From positions 1 to 38,026 of the forward strand of contig DAIDLJ010000003.1 of NCBI GenBank assembly GCA_027449585.1: DNA of 38,026 nt, written 5' to 3'. Below the pieces are notes generated by a model. That model had not been told where the DNA came from, did no database searches, and saw nothing but the letters and a program-made list of their open reading frames with translations. The position numbers and the translations under genes are program-made. Numbering within the stretch: position 1 is the stretch's first letter; the number at the start of each line of letters is the position of its first letter. Below are positions 18,986 to 27,341 of this stretch, piece after piece. The DNA is from Candidatus Micrarchaeota archaeon (GTDB taxonomy: Archaea > Micrarchaeota > Micrarchaeia > Micrarchaeales > CABMGC01).

Positions 18986-20020
18986 ATGTATGGCAATGGG
19001 ATAACTAGTCAAGGGTCTGATTTTGAAGATTATGATCTCTTCAAGCCAAGGATAGGCGTAGTTGGAGTAGGCGGAGGAGGCGGGAACACGGTACAGAGGC
19101 TGAGCAACTCAGATGTGAAGGGGGCAAAGCTCTTTGCGTTCAATACGGACTCGAAGCAGCTCAATATGATGAGCCCCAGCATAACAAAGCTCATGCTTGG
19201 AAGCTCATTGACCCATGGACTTGGCGCGGGCGGGTATCCAGAGATAGGCGAGAAGGCAGCCGACCTATCCAGAAACGAGATTGAGATACTTACACGCGAC
19301 CTCAACCTTTCCTTCCTGTGCGCAGGCATGGGAGGAGGGACTGGGACAGGAGCTGCCCCGGTAGTTGGCAGGGTGCTCAAGGACAATGGAGCAATAGTAG
19401 TAGGGATAGTTACCATACCATTTGCACTTGAAAGAGTAAGGCTAGACACCGCAAAAAAAGGAATACAGAAACTTAGGCAGAACATAGACACACTTATAGT
19501 CATAGACAACCAGAGGCTGGTAGAAGTATATCCGAACCTGCCTATGGAAAAGGCGTTTGCAATGGCGGACGAGATAACGACAAAGGCGGTGCGCGGAATA
19601 ACCGAGGCGATAACGCAGCCGAGCCTGATAAACCTCGACTTCGCAGACGTGAGGACAACAATGTCAGTAGGTGGCCTTGCGATGATAAGTGTTGGCAGCG
19701 CAAGGGGATCTAACAGGGTCGAAGACGTGGTTAACGACACCCTAAAGAACAAGCTCCTTGACGTTGACTACTCAAATTCAACTGGTGTTCTTCTGCACAT
19801 AACCGGAGGACCGGGCCTGACACTTGGCGATGCGAACCAGATAGGCGAGAAGCTTACAGCAAAGAGCGCGCCGAATGCGAATGTCATCTGGGGCGCAAGG
19901 CTGGATCCGAATTTCGGCGACAACATAGAAGTGATAGCGATATTTACTGGTGTGAGCGGCGCCTCGGTTATTGGAAAGACCGAGGAGAGGAAGGACAGCT
20001 ACGGCCTTGACTCGATATGA
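18986..20020 (+). CDS. ftsZ: Cell division protein FtsZ
   Basis: VGVGGGGGNTV, NTD, GLGAGG.PE.G, tubulin signature GMGGGTGTG, NLDFADV, IWGAR. Confidence 0.97.
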   Translation: MYGNGITSQGSDFEDYDLFKPRIGVVGVGGGGGNTVQRLSNSDVKGAKLFAFNTDSKQLNMMSPSITKLMLGSSLTHGLGAGGYPEIGEKAADLSRNEIEILTRDLNLSFLCAGMGGGTGTGAAPVVGRVLKDNGAIVVGIVTIPFALERVRLDTAKKGIQKLRQNIDTLIVIDNQRLVEVYPNLPMEKAFAMADEITTKAVRGITEAITQPSLINLDFADVRTTMSVGGLAMISVGSARGSNRVEDVVNDTLKNKLLDVDYSNSTGVLLHITGGPGLTLGDANQIGEKLTAKSAPNANVIWGARLDPNFGDNIEVIAIFTGVSGASVIGKTEERKDSYGLDSI

Positions 20021-22336
20021 TCAGGCTTCGGATATCCTTGTCTCGCCGTTCTCTTCCTTGTTCCTATTGAGGATATAGATCCTTGCGTCGCTTACCTGCT
20101 TGAGCATCTCGTCGTGAGTTATTATGAAGACCTGGTCAACTATTCCGGGGAGAGTCTCGCTGAACATCTTCACGAATTTTGACAGTCCCTGCTGGTCTAT
20201 GTTGTGGGTTGGCTCGTCCAATATCAGCCACTTGAGGTTAGGCACCAGGACCAGTGAGAAGGCTATCCTCATCGCAAGGCATGCAGTACTCCGCTCACCT
20301 CCGCTGGCTATCGATTCGACGCTCTCCCACTCCTGCTGGCCGCCAGAGTTCACCTTCACCTTAAGCTCGTATCCATCATCTGAAGCATCCAAATTGACGC
20401 TCTGGTAATCACCGTAAGGATAGAGCTCTTTCCATACCTCGTGCATTATACCGTTTATAGAGTTTATCAATAGGACCCTTAGGACAGACTGTGTCTCTGA
20501 GAGCGCGAGCTTGAACTTGGAGAGGTTGTCTATTAGACCCTTGCGCCTTGCGAGCTTTTCGTGCATCCGATTTATCTTCTCGATCTCAGACTCCTTGGCC
20601 TTTATCTGCGCCTCCTTTTCGCTGATGCTTCTTGCGTATGATGCGATATTCGCAGTGTGCTTGCCCAGTTCTGCTTGCATCTCTAGCATAACCTTCTGAA
20701 GAGCGTCCACCATCTTGTCGTCGACGATTATTGAATTTGCCTCTGCAGTCTTTAAAGACAGATCCTTTGATATGCGCTCCCTATCTAGGATGTGACGCTC
20801 GTTTCTTTCTATGGCCTCGATGTCATTAGCATTCTTCTGCATCTTCTCGGAGATTGCCTGAATTGCCTTTGATATGCTTTCGTGCTCGGACTTGGTCTTC
20901 TCGTAGTTCTTCCTTGAGATCTCAAGTCCAAGCTCGGCCTTCCTGATCCGCTCAGTAGCGCCAGCATACTTCCTCTTCTGCTCCTCCATCACAGTGATTG
21001 AGTTTGATAGCGAGGTTAGGTCCTTTAGCTCAGCGCGGATTCTTGAGAGTTCTTGCTCAAGCTCCCTTGCCTTCGAATTGTGCTGCGCTATGAGTTGGCT
21101 CTTTCCCTGCGTTATCCTTGCTATCATGGCATCGTCAAGCTCCCTTTCGCATATAGGGCATTTGCTTAGGTGGGCCTTGAGCTCCTTTAGCTGCTTCTCG
21201 GTCTCAAGAACTACGGATTTTGAGTGGGCGGCATCGATAGAAAGCCCGTCAATTGATTTATTGCACTCGATTATTTTACTCTGCACCAGGTCCTTTTCGG
21301 ATTTCTTTAGCTGAGCATCTATTCTCTCAACTTCGGCATTCTCCTTCTTTGCATTTGACAGCTCCACTTCTAACTTGGCCATTTCAGAATGCAGATTTCT
21401 CTCCGCATCAGCGTCATGCCTCTCCTTTAGCCTTGCAGCTTCAATTTCCTTTGCAAGTAGCGACTTCTCAGCCAGGGCGTCGCTCTTCGCAGGCAGCCTA
21501 TGCAAATCCGCCTTCTTTATCTCTGATTCCAGCAGTTCGAGCCTGCCCTTGAGCCCCTCTATATCCTTGAGCAGCATCGTCTTGCGGTTCTGCATCTCCC
21601 TGAACGCTCGTGCTTTTATCTCAGTTTTTGATTTTTCATCATTGAGCCTCTTTACGCTCTTTTCTGCTTCGCTGCGCTCCTTCTCCAGCATCTGCATTGA
21701 ATCGCGAAGCTCCTTGAGGTCCGCAGTAGACTTAACTATATCGAACTCGCGCACCATCCGCTCGCTCTCAGATACGAGATCCCTTACGCGGTTTATCAGC
21801 GAGGTGGTGTTATCCTGCGCCGTAGCAAACTTGTCAAGCCCTAGCAGGCCATCTATCTGCTTCTTTCGATCAGAAGACCTAAGATCCAAAAAATAATCTA
21901 GCTGGTTCTGCTCAGAATATATCGCCTTTGAGAAGAGGTCATAGTCGACCTTGAGGATGCGCTCTATCTCCTCGTTTACACGCTCTGGCTGCGACTGCAG
22001 GTAGGATCCGTTTCTTTCTATGGTTGCAGCAGTCTTGCCGGTCAGGCTAAGCTCTCTGGTTATGGCATAGCTATCGCCGTTAACATCCATCTCCAGCCTT
22101 ATGCTTGCAGAGCTCTCCTGCCTGGGCCTGCTGCGTATCAGCCTGCTCACGGCAACTCTTTTATGATGTATGGCGGGAAAGGTGCCGAACAGGGCGAATG
22201 AGATGGCATCCATTAGTGAACTCTTTCCAGCGCCCATCTGGCCTATAAGTATGTTTGTTCCTTTTGAGAAGTCTAGCTTTGTGTTCTTGTGCGTCTTCCA
22301 GTTCTTTAGCTCTATGGATCTTATCAGAGGAATCAC
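20021..22336 (-). CDS. rad50: Rad50/SbcC-family SMC-like ATPase with zinc hook
   Basis: Walker A GQMGAGKSS, Q-loop YSEQ, coiled coils with central CPIC hook, signature SGGE, Walker B LILDEPT, H-loop ITHD. Start is GTG 22336 or CTG 22327. Confidence 0.9.
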   Translation of the reverse strand: MIPLIRSIELKNWKTHKNTKLDFSKGTNILIGQMGAGKSSLMDAISFALFGTFPAIHHKRVAVSRLIRSRPRQESSASIRLEMDVNGDSYAITRELSLTGKTAATIERNGSYLQSQPERVNEEIERILKVDYDLFSKAIYSEQNQLDYFLDLRSSDRKKQIDGLLGLDKFATAQDNTTSLINRVRDLVSESERMVREFDIVKSTADLKELRDSMQMLEKERSEAEKSVKRLNDEKSKTEIKARAFREMQNRKTMLLKDIEGLKGRLELLESEIKKADLHRLPAKSDALAEKSLLAKEIEAARLKERHDADAERNLHSEMAKLEVELSNAKKENAEVERIDAQLKKSEKDLVQSKIIECNKSIDGLSIDAAHSKSVVLETEKQLKELKAHLSKCPICERELDDAMIARITQGKSQLIAQHNSKARELEQELSRIRAELKDLTSLSNSITVMEEQKRKYAGATERIRKAELGLEISRKNYEKTKSEHESISKAIQAISEKMQKNANDIEAIERNERHILDRERISKDLSLKTAEANSIIVDDKMVDALQKVMLEMQAELGKHTANIASYARSISEKEAQIKAKESEIEKINRMHEKLARRKGLIDNLSKFKLALSETQSVLRVLLINSINGIMHEVWKELYPYGDYQSVNLDASDDGYELKVKVNSGGQQEWESVESIASGGERSTACLAMRIAFSLVLVPNLKWLILDEPTHNIDQQGLSKFVKMFSETLPGIVDQVFIITHDEMLKQVSDARIYILNRNKEENGETRISEA

Positions 22337-22385
22337 AGATAAGAGACGTCTCTTATACGTGCATTTAGGAGCAGAACATTATATA

Positions 22386-22634
22386 TTAGATGAGGGTTTC
22401 GTCCTCCACTTCAACGTCCTTTATGCCGGAAATCTTCCTTAGACCTTCCTCGAAGCTTGTGCTTCCTTCCTGGTCCTCGTGGACAAACATAACCTTTATC
22501 ACTTTTATCCCAAAGCCTATGTCATCAACCTGCACTCCGGTGGGCTTGAGCTCCTGCGATATCTGCTTTGATATCGAATCGGCTTGAGCTATATCCTCAA
22601 GATATATCTTGAATACGGTTGCAACCTTTCCCAT
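22386..22634 (-). CDS. ef1b: Archaeal elongation factor 1-beta
   Basis: MGKVA..FKIY.E, DIGFGIKVIK, EE.L..I.G...VEV; 82 aa; conserved context with the Zn-ribbon gene. Confidence 0.92.
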   Translation of the reverse strand: MGKVATVFKIYLEDIAQADSISKQISQELKPTGVQVDDIGFGIKVIKVMFVHEDQEGSTSFEEGLRKISGIKDVEVEDETLI

Positions 22635-22635
22635 T

Positions 22636-22803
22636 TTATGGCCCCTCAGTACCGCATCTTGGGCATCTGTATTTTGTATGCTTCTCCCTGCAGCCCTTGT
22701 CCCTTACGATTGTCTCCTCAAGGCATCCGGGACACTTGAACTCAACATATTCAACGCTGAGCTTTCCGCATGAAGAACATACCTTTCCTCTTTGTGATGA
22801 CAT
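22636..22803 (-). CDS. Small Zn-ribbon protein (COG2888/DUF1610-like), not in the ORF track
   Basis: 55 aa, MSSQRGKVCSSCGKLSVEYVEFKCPGCLEETIVRDKGCREKHTKYRCPRCGTEGP. The C-terminal CPxCGxEGP and the position directly upstream of aEF-1beta are typical of this family. Confidence 0.9.
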   Translation of the reverse strand: MSSQRGKVCSSCGKLSVEYVEFKCPGCLEETIVRDKGCREKHTKYRCPRCGTEGP

Positions 22804-22869
22804 TGTCTCACTAGTGCAATATTATATGTAAAGTCTTTATAAATAGAAACTTATATAAAGTATTGTCGT

Positions 22870-22944
22870 GGGCATGTGGTGTAACCTGGATAGCATGCCG
22901 GCTTGCGGAGCCGTTGGTTGCGGGTTCAAATCCCGTCATGCCCG
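22870..22944 (+). tRNA. tRNA-Arg(GCG)
   Basis: Acceptor GGGCATG/CATGCCC, D-loop with GGA (A20 Arg identity element), anticodon loop TTGCGGA, T arm GCGGG-TTCAAAT-CCCGT, discriminator G. Confidence 0.92.
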
Positions 22945-23006
22945 TTCGACTTAATGCCAAATTCTTGTAGATAGGATTTAATAGGGGAAATGGAATTATC
23001 CGTATT

Positions 23007-24002
23007 ATGGCATTTGCTAGGTCTCCGGAGATGGGGAGATTTGAGGAAAGGGCCCTGTTTAAGGAGATGGAAAGGAGATTTCATGAGGGCAAGAAGGCGT
23101 TTAGGATAGTCAAATTCAGGGTTCCGTCAAGAATAATGAAGGATGCAGATGTCTACAATCCCACTGCGCCTTTTCACGGAGTGATCGTAGGTCGCGTGGA
23201 AAAGAGGGATAGCGAGTACTCGAAGTCCGTGTTCTTTAAGTACGATGAGAATTTGGTGTCTAACGGAAATAAGCTTCATGTTGATGATTCCGCGGCGGTG
23301 TTTGAGAATCTTCAGGATCCATTCTTCTCGGAACACGCACAGTTCATACTATTTGGAGGAGTCAAACTCATCTCCCAGCAGAAGGATAGCAGCACGTTCC
23401 GCACGGTGATATTCAAGGCAAATGACGTGCACGGGCTTGACCCGAATAATGTTTTTGCATCAGGACCGCTTGGAGAGAAGGATATACGTGTTCTTCAGCT
23501 TGAAGAGAACTCAGTCATAGTCTCTAGGAGGCCGCAAGGCGGGGAGTATGGCAAGGGAAGGATATACTACCAATTGATAGGCGGCGTTGATGATCTTCCA
23601 AAGACACTCGCTGCGCTTGATGGCATAAGATACCTCTCTACGCCCCAGCTAGACGAGCATTACGCCGCAGGAGGCTGGGCAGGAGTAAACCAGATGCTTA
23701 AGCTTGAAGACGGCAGAGTAGGCGTCATAGGCCACCTTGGCCGATTTGACGAATCGGGAGGCAGGAATTATAGCGCATTTGCCCTGAAGCTTGACCCCAG
23801 GACCGGAGATGCAACTGAATTTAAGATCATAGCAGATATAGGAAGCGTGCCGAAGATGGACCCTAAGCGCCCTGATCTTTCTGACGTCGTATTTCCCGGA
23901 GGACTTGTAAGGCATCCAGATGGAACGGCGAGGCTCTTCCTTGGAGTGCGTGACAGCTATAGCGTCGAACTTGACCTGCCTGATCCATTCGTTGGATCTT
24001 AG
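23007..24002 (+). CDS. DUF1861 / MTP-family (GT108, GH130-like five-bladed propeller) mannosyltransferase/phosphorylase-like protein
   Basis: DVYNPTAPF, GRVEKRDSE.S...FF, LQDPF, GGV, GP.GEKDIR, RPQGG..G.G.I, WAGVNQ..L.DGR.GVIGH, PKRPDL.DVVFPGGL. Confidence 0.85.
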   Translation: MAFARSPEMGRFEERALFKEMERRFHEGKKAFRIVKFRVPSRIMKDADVYNPTAPFHGVIVGRVEKRDSEYSKSVFFKYDENLVSNGNKLHVDDSAAVFENLQDPFFSEHAQFILFGGVKLISQQKDSSTFRTVIFKANDVHGLDPNNVFASGPLGEKDIRVLQLEENSVIVSRRPQGGEYGKGRIYYQLIGGVDDLPKTLAALDGIRYLSTPQLDEHYAAGGWAGVNQMLKLEDGRVGVIGHLGRFDESGGRNYSAFALKLDPRTGDATEFKIIADIGSVPKMDPKRPDLSDVVFPGGLVRHPDGTARLFLGVRDSYSVELDLPDPFVGS

Positions 24003-24133
24003 TCTGATATGTCCATCCGTATGAAGAGCCAGTAATCTACTACTTTAAGGTTGAGTACGCCTGAACCGATCTTGAATTGACGTTTTTCGGAGAAAACCTT
24101 TTAAAGGAAGAAATACGAGCTAATTGTGATAAC

Positions 24134-24601
24134 ATGGGAATGGCATTTGCCGAACATCCTGTGAACAAGCACACGATGGAAAGGCTAAGGGAGAACATAG
24201 GGAAGGAGGTTACAGTGGAGTATGTACTTCTAAAGAGGGATCTGGTAGTTTCTGGCAAGCTGATCGGCGTGCATGACTTCAATAAGCTGATCCTTGAAAA
24301 GTCGACGCAGAAAGGAGATGCATCAACGCACGACGGCGAGTATCTTATGGCAGGATGGAATGGCACGATAAGATCGGTAACAGTTGATGGAGTGGCAGTA
24401 TATGACAACAGCAAGAACGTGCCTTCTGGATTTAAGATAAAGACGCAGGAAGAATCCCGCGCTTTTAGGGAGGCAAGTTTTGGAAATGAAATTGCTGACG
24501 AGACGGACAGGAAATATGGCCTGGGGAAATTTGCACGCCCGGTTGAGAAGGTTGAAAAGACCAGAATGCAAAAAATTATTGGGCTATTGAAAAGGAGTTA
24601 A
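24134..24601 (+). CDS. Hypothetical protein with Sm/LSm-like N-terminal domain
   Basis: LRENIGKEVTVEY...VSGKLIGVHDFNKLILE resembles the Sm1 motif. ATG 24134 follows a GTGAT RBS and a TTTTAAA box. Confidence 0.6.
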   Translation: MGMAFAEHPVNKHTMERLRENIGKEVTVEYVLLKRDLVVSGKLIGVHDFNKLILEKSTQKGDASTHDGEYLMAGWNGTIRSVTVDGVAVYDNSKNVPSGFKIKTQEESRAFREASFGNEIADETDRKYGLGKFARPVEKVEKTRMQKIIGLLKRS

Positions 24602-24639
24602 GTCGCCTGACCTTAAATCTATTTAATTGGGCATTGGCA

Positions 24640-25677
24640 TTAAGTCCTGCAAAGCGAAGAATTAGAATAGCACACGGCATTGACTGCAGTTTGGGGAACG
24701 GAAAGGTATTGGCAATCGGTAAGAACCACAGAGGAAGATGTTATATTGTAGTACTTAGCCTGCACATACTGGCCGTTTATCATCTCCTGCGAAGAAGCAA
24801 GACATGAGTTGAATGATGTAGAGTTTATGCCTGACTGCAAAGCCAGTTCGCGCAGGAGATAGGCAGGCATGTAGCGATCCTGATACGTGGAATTCACCGC
24901 GTTAACGAATGCCGTGAAGTTGCGTTGACCAGAAGCACAGATTAGATACTTGCCCAGGAGCAACGTGTTGTTAAGCCCGTAGGTGTTTGCCACCTGCAAT
25001 GAATACTGCGAGGTGAGAAGCTTTACGCTGAGGCTGACATTGCCTCCAAATCTTCGCTCGAGATTGCTTGCATTGATAAGCGAGGAGACTGCGCCTGGGG
25101 CATAAGGGTCGATGAACCAGTACACGGGCACTGACCCGTTCTGCAACGGACATGAAGTTGATCCATGAAGCTTGACTACGCCTTCTGAGATTACGTAGTT
25201 CTGCGAGATGGATGCAGGACTTATTGTCTGTGTCATAGGGCTGAACTTTGAGAGGTTTGAATCGTTGATTAGCAGGCCGAATGTATAGCTCTTCCCGTTT
25301 ATCGGACCGATATATGGGATGGAGACGTACCAGTCCCCAAGGTCTTGGAGGTAGGAGACCTTTGCTGCGCTTACATTTGATATGTACGGGAGAAGTGAGA
25401 GCGAGGTGTTGTAGCTTGAGTAGCTTGCCAGGATGTGCTCTGCCTGAAGTAGAACCTGGCCTGAAGTGTGCGTTGTCGAGTACTGGCTGGAAGAGCAGTT
25501 CTGGCATGTGGAATTAAGTACAGTTATCTTGGTATTGAATGACATTGCGATAACAAGCAGCAGCAATATGGCCACAAGGACAATAAGAGCTAGGTGTATG
25601 TTGTCTAGGCCTCCGAGTCTTGAGACTGGCCTTACTAGTATGCTAGGCTCGCTTATCTTCCTGTTAAGCTTTGGCAT
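24640..25677 (-). CDS. Membrane-anchored extracellular protein with degenerate DsbA/thioredoxin-like domain
   Basis: N-terminal TM helix and many N-x-S/T sequons. VYWFIDPYAPGA lies at the position of F.D..CP.C, followed by ICAS.Q..F, GINSTSFNSCL and AKYYNIT as in DsbA-like proteins. Confidence 0.65.
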   Translation of the reverse strand: MPKLNRKISEPSILVRPVSRLGGLDNIHLALIVLVAILLLLVIAMSFNTKITVLNSTCQNCSSSQYSTTHTSGQVLLQAEHILASYSSYNTSLSLLPYISNVSAAKVSYLQDLGDWYVSIPYIGPINGKSYTFGLLINDSNLSKFSPMTQTISPASISQNYVISEGVVKLHGSTSCPLQNGSVPVYWFIDPYAPGAVSSLINASNLERRFGGNVSLSVKLLTSQYSLQVANTYGLNNTLLLGKYLICASGQRNFTAFVNAVNSTYQDRYMPAYLLRELALQSGINSTSFNSCLASSQEMINGQYVQAKYYNITSSSVVLTDCQYLSVPQTAVNAVCYSNSSLCRT

Positions 25678-25739
25678 GAAGAACAACAATTAGACACTAT
25701 TATTCAATATAAATGTTTGGCTTTGCGCTGTTGATTCGC

Positions 25740-26261
25740 CTAGCGAATCTTAAATGAAGCCACCTTTTTCCATTCCTTGCCATCCCATCTTCTTGCGTAG
25801 AGCCTTATCGTGTCTGCGTTAAAACCATCGCCGAAATAGTTGCCATCAATGCCTGAAAGCAGCTTTAGCCTCCGGCCCTTTGCAAGATTTGCGTACATCA
25901 GGCTCATGTGCGGTGTGAATTTTGTGCTTCTTGCCTCGAATTCCTTCTCCGCGAGCCTGCGCGCGCGGAAGAGCTCTGGACTGGCCCTCACTTTTATGAA
26001 TAGAGGCATAGTATACCTGCCTGAGTGCGAGGTGCCGCCAAAGATTATTGGCATTCTGCATAGCTTCGATGAGAGCCTTCTGGTCTTCTTTATTATGTCC
26101 TGCCGCTCCCCAGATATGTAGCCAAGCAGCGTGACGTGCGGATCGAATGATACCGTGCCGTTTGACTTGGAAATATCAAGTATTGTCTTTGCGACATTTC
26201 TTGCGGCGCGGCCATTGGGCATTACCCATATAGAATATTCATATTTGCCTCTTCTCGACAT
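25740..26261 (-). CDS. 2H phosphoesterase (cyclic phosphodiesterase-like)
   Basis: Two H-x-T/S motifs (FDPHVTL, FTPHMSL); N-terminal YSIWVMP typical of CPDase-like proteins. Confidence 0.85.
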   Translation of the reverse strand: MSRRGKYEYSIWVMPNGRAARNVAKTILDISKSNGTVSFDPHVTLLGYISGERQDIIKKTRRLSSKLCRMPIIFGGTSHSGRYTMPLFIKVRASPELFRARRLAEKEFEARSTKFTPHMSLMYANLAKGRRLKLLSGIDGNYFGDGFNADTIRLYARRWDGKEWKKVASFKIR

Positions 26262-26268
26262 AACATGA

Positions 26269-27168
26269 TCACTTTTGCTGCAATTGCGCAGTAAGTAAAG
26301 GCACGGACAGTATTATCTCGGCTATGCCTTTTCCATTAAGTATGGTGAATTTGTCTGCTATAGACTCTGAGCTTGCCTTCATAACAAATGTAGGCTCTGT
26401 TCCGTGCATCTCGGCATAGTGGAATACGCCGCTAGGTATCACAACAGTGTCACCCTTGCCCATTTTAATTGAATCCATTCCTCCTTTAATGGCATAGTGA
26501 AGAGTCATGCCGCTAAATGTTGTGTATGACTCAACAAGAACGCTGTGGATGTGGAAGTCCTGCGGCGATATCGAATTGCCCACGGAGAACTCCTGGTTAT
26601 CCGGGCCCAGTATAAGGTACTTTGGCTCCTGCCTGTCCAGTCTCTCGCCGCCAGTGGCGTTTATCTCACCGTTTATGTTCCTTGGGACTACAAGCTTATT
26701 GTAGCCGCGTTTTGGAAGTTGGTAGTCTATATTGTAGGCCGTAAAGCTTACTGGAGCAGATATGGAGCATTCCTGGGCAGATTCCTGTGCTATTCTGCCA
26801 AAGTACACTGTCCCTTTGAAATCTACAGAATAGGATGTCTGCCCTGGTATTGCAACTGCATTTATCCCCTCCATTCTCACCTTTTTCGCCTTTTCATTCG
26901 AATAACTTATGCTAAAAGGACTCTCTGAGAATATGAAGTGCATGCCCTTTTCAGATCTGTTGACGTTTACACTCTTTGGATCTGCGGAGTTCATTATGAG
27001 CAGTCTCATTTTTCCATTGGAGTATGATATCATTGATACGGAATCTGAATCAGGGCTTCTGATAAGTGTAGGACGTTTTGACTGCATAAGGGCCGAGCGT
27101 ATCTCCCCATTCGATAACTCGTTGAACTTAATGACCATTGCATTCACATTCTCTGGACATTTTATCAT
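26269..27168 (-). CDS. Hypothetical protein with C-terminal cupin domain
   Basis: Cupin motif 1 FHIH...ESY...SG and motif 2 GDTVVIPSGVFH. The N-terminal two-thirds was not recognised. Confidence 0.72.
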   Translation of the reverse strand: MIKCPENVNAMVIKFNELSNGEIRSALMQSKRPTLIRSPDSDSVSMISYSNGKMRLLIMNSADPKSVNVNRSEKGMHFIFSESPFSISYSNEKAKKVRMEGINAVAIPGQTSYSVDFKGTVYFGRIAQESAQECSISAPVSFTAYNIDYQLPKRGYNKLVVPRNINGEINATGGERLDRQEPKYLILGPDNQEFSVGNSISPQDFHIHSVLVESYTTFSGMTLHYAIKGGMDSIKMGKGDTVVIPSGVFHYAEMHGTEPTFVMKASSESIADKFTILNGKGIAEIILSVPLLTAQLQQK

Positions 27169-27213
27169 ATAAAAACTTTATCAGTACTTGCGCCTTTTGT
27201 CTGAAGGTACAAA

Positions 27214-27288
27214 CGGGTCTGACGGGATTTGAACCCGCGACCTTAACCTTAGGACGGTTCCGCTCTATCCAAGCTGAGCTACAGACCC
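27214..27288 (-). tRNA. tRNA-Arg(CCT)
   Basis: Reverse complement reads GGGTCTG TA GCTC AGCTTGGATA GAGC G GAACC GTCCTAA GGTTA AGGTC GCGGG TTCAAAT CCCGT CAGACCC G. Confidence 0.92.
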
Positions 27289-27341
27289 ACATTTGCATTA
27301 GAGATATGAACCGGATATGAATATAAAGTCTTTTGGTGGCT

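Noticed and set aside
18856-18996. 47-aa N-terminal extension of PolX given in the ORF track
   Set aside because: It overlaps the ftsZ start and the divergent promoter region; PolX homology begins at MINSELA (18855).
20021-22336. SMC-like ATPase as part of a Wadjet/Lamassu-type defence system
   Set aside because: It has a Rad50 zinc hook and housekeeping neighbours, with no partner effector genes.
22870-22944. Reading this tRNA as Ala(TGC)
   Set aside because: The stem register places GCG at 34-36. A20 and discriminator G fit Arg, and there is no G3-U70 pair.
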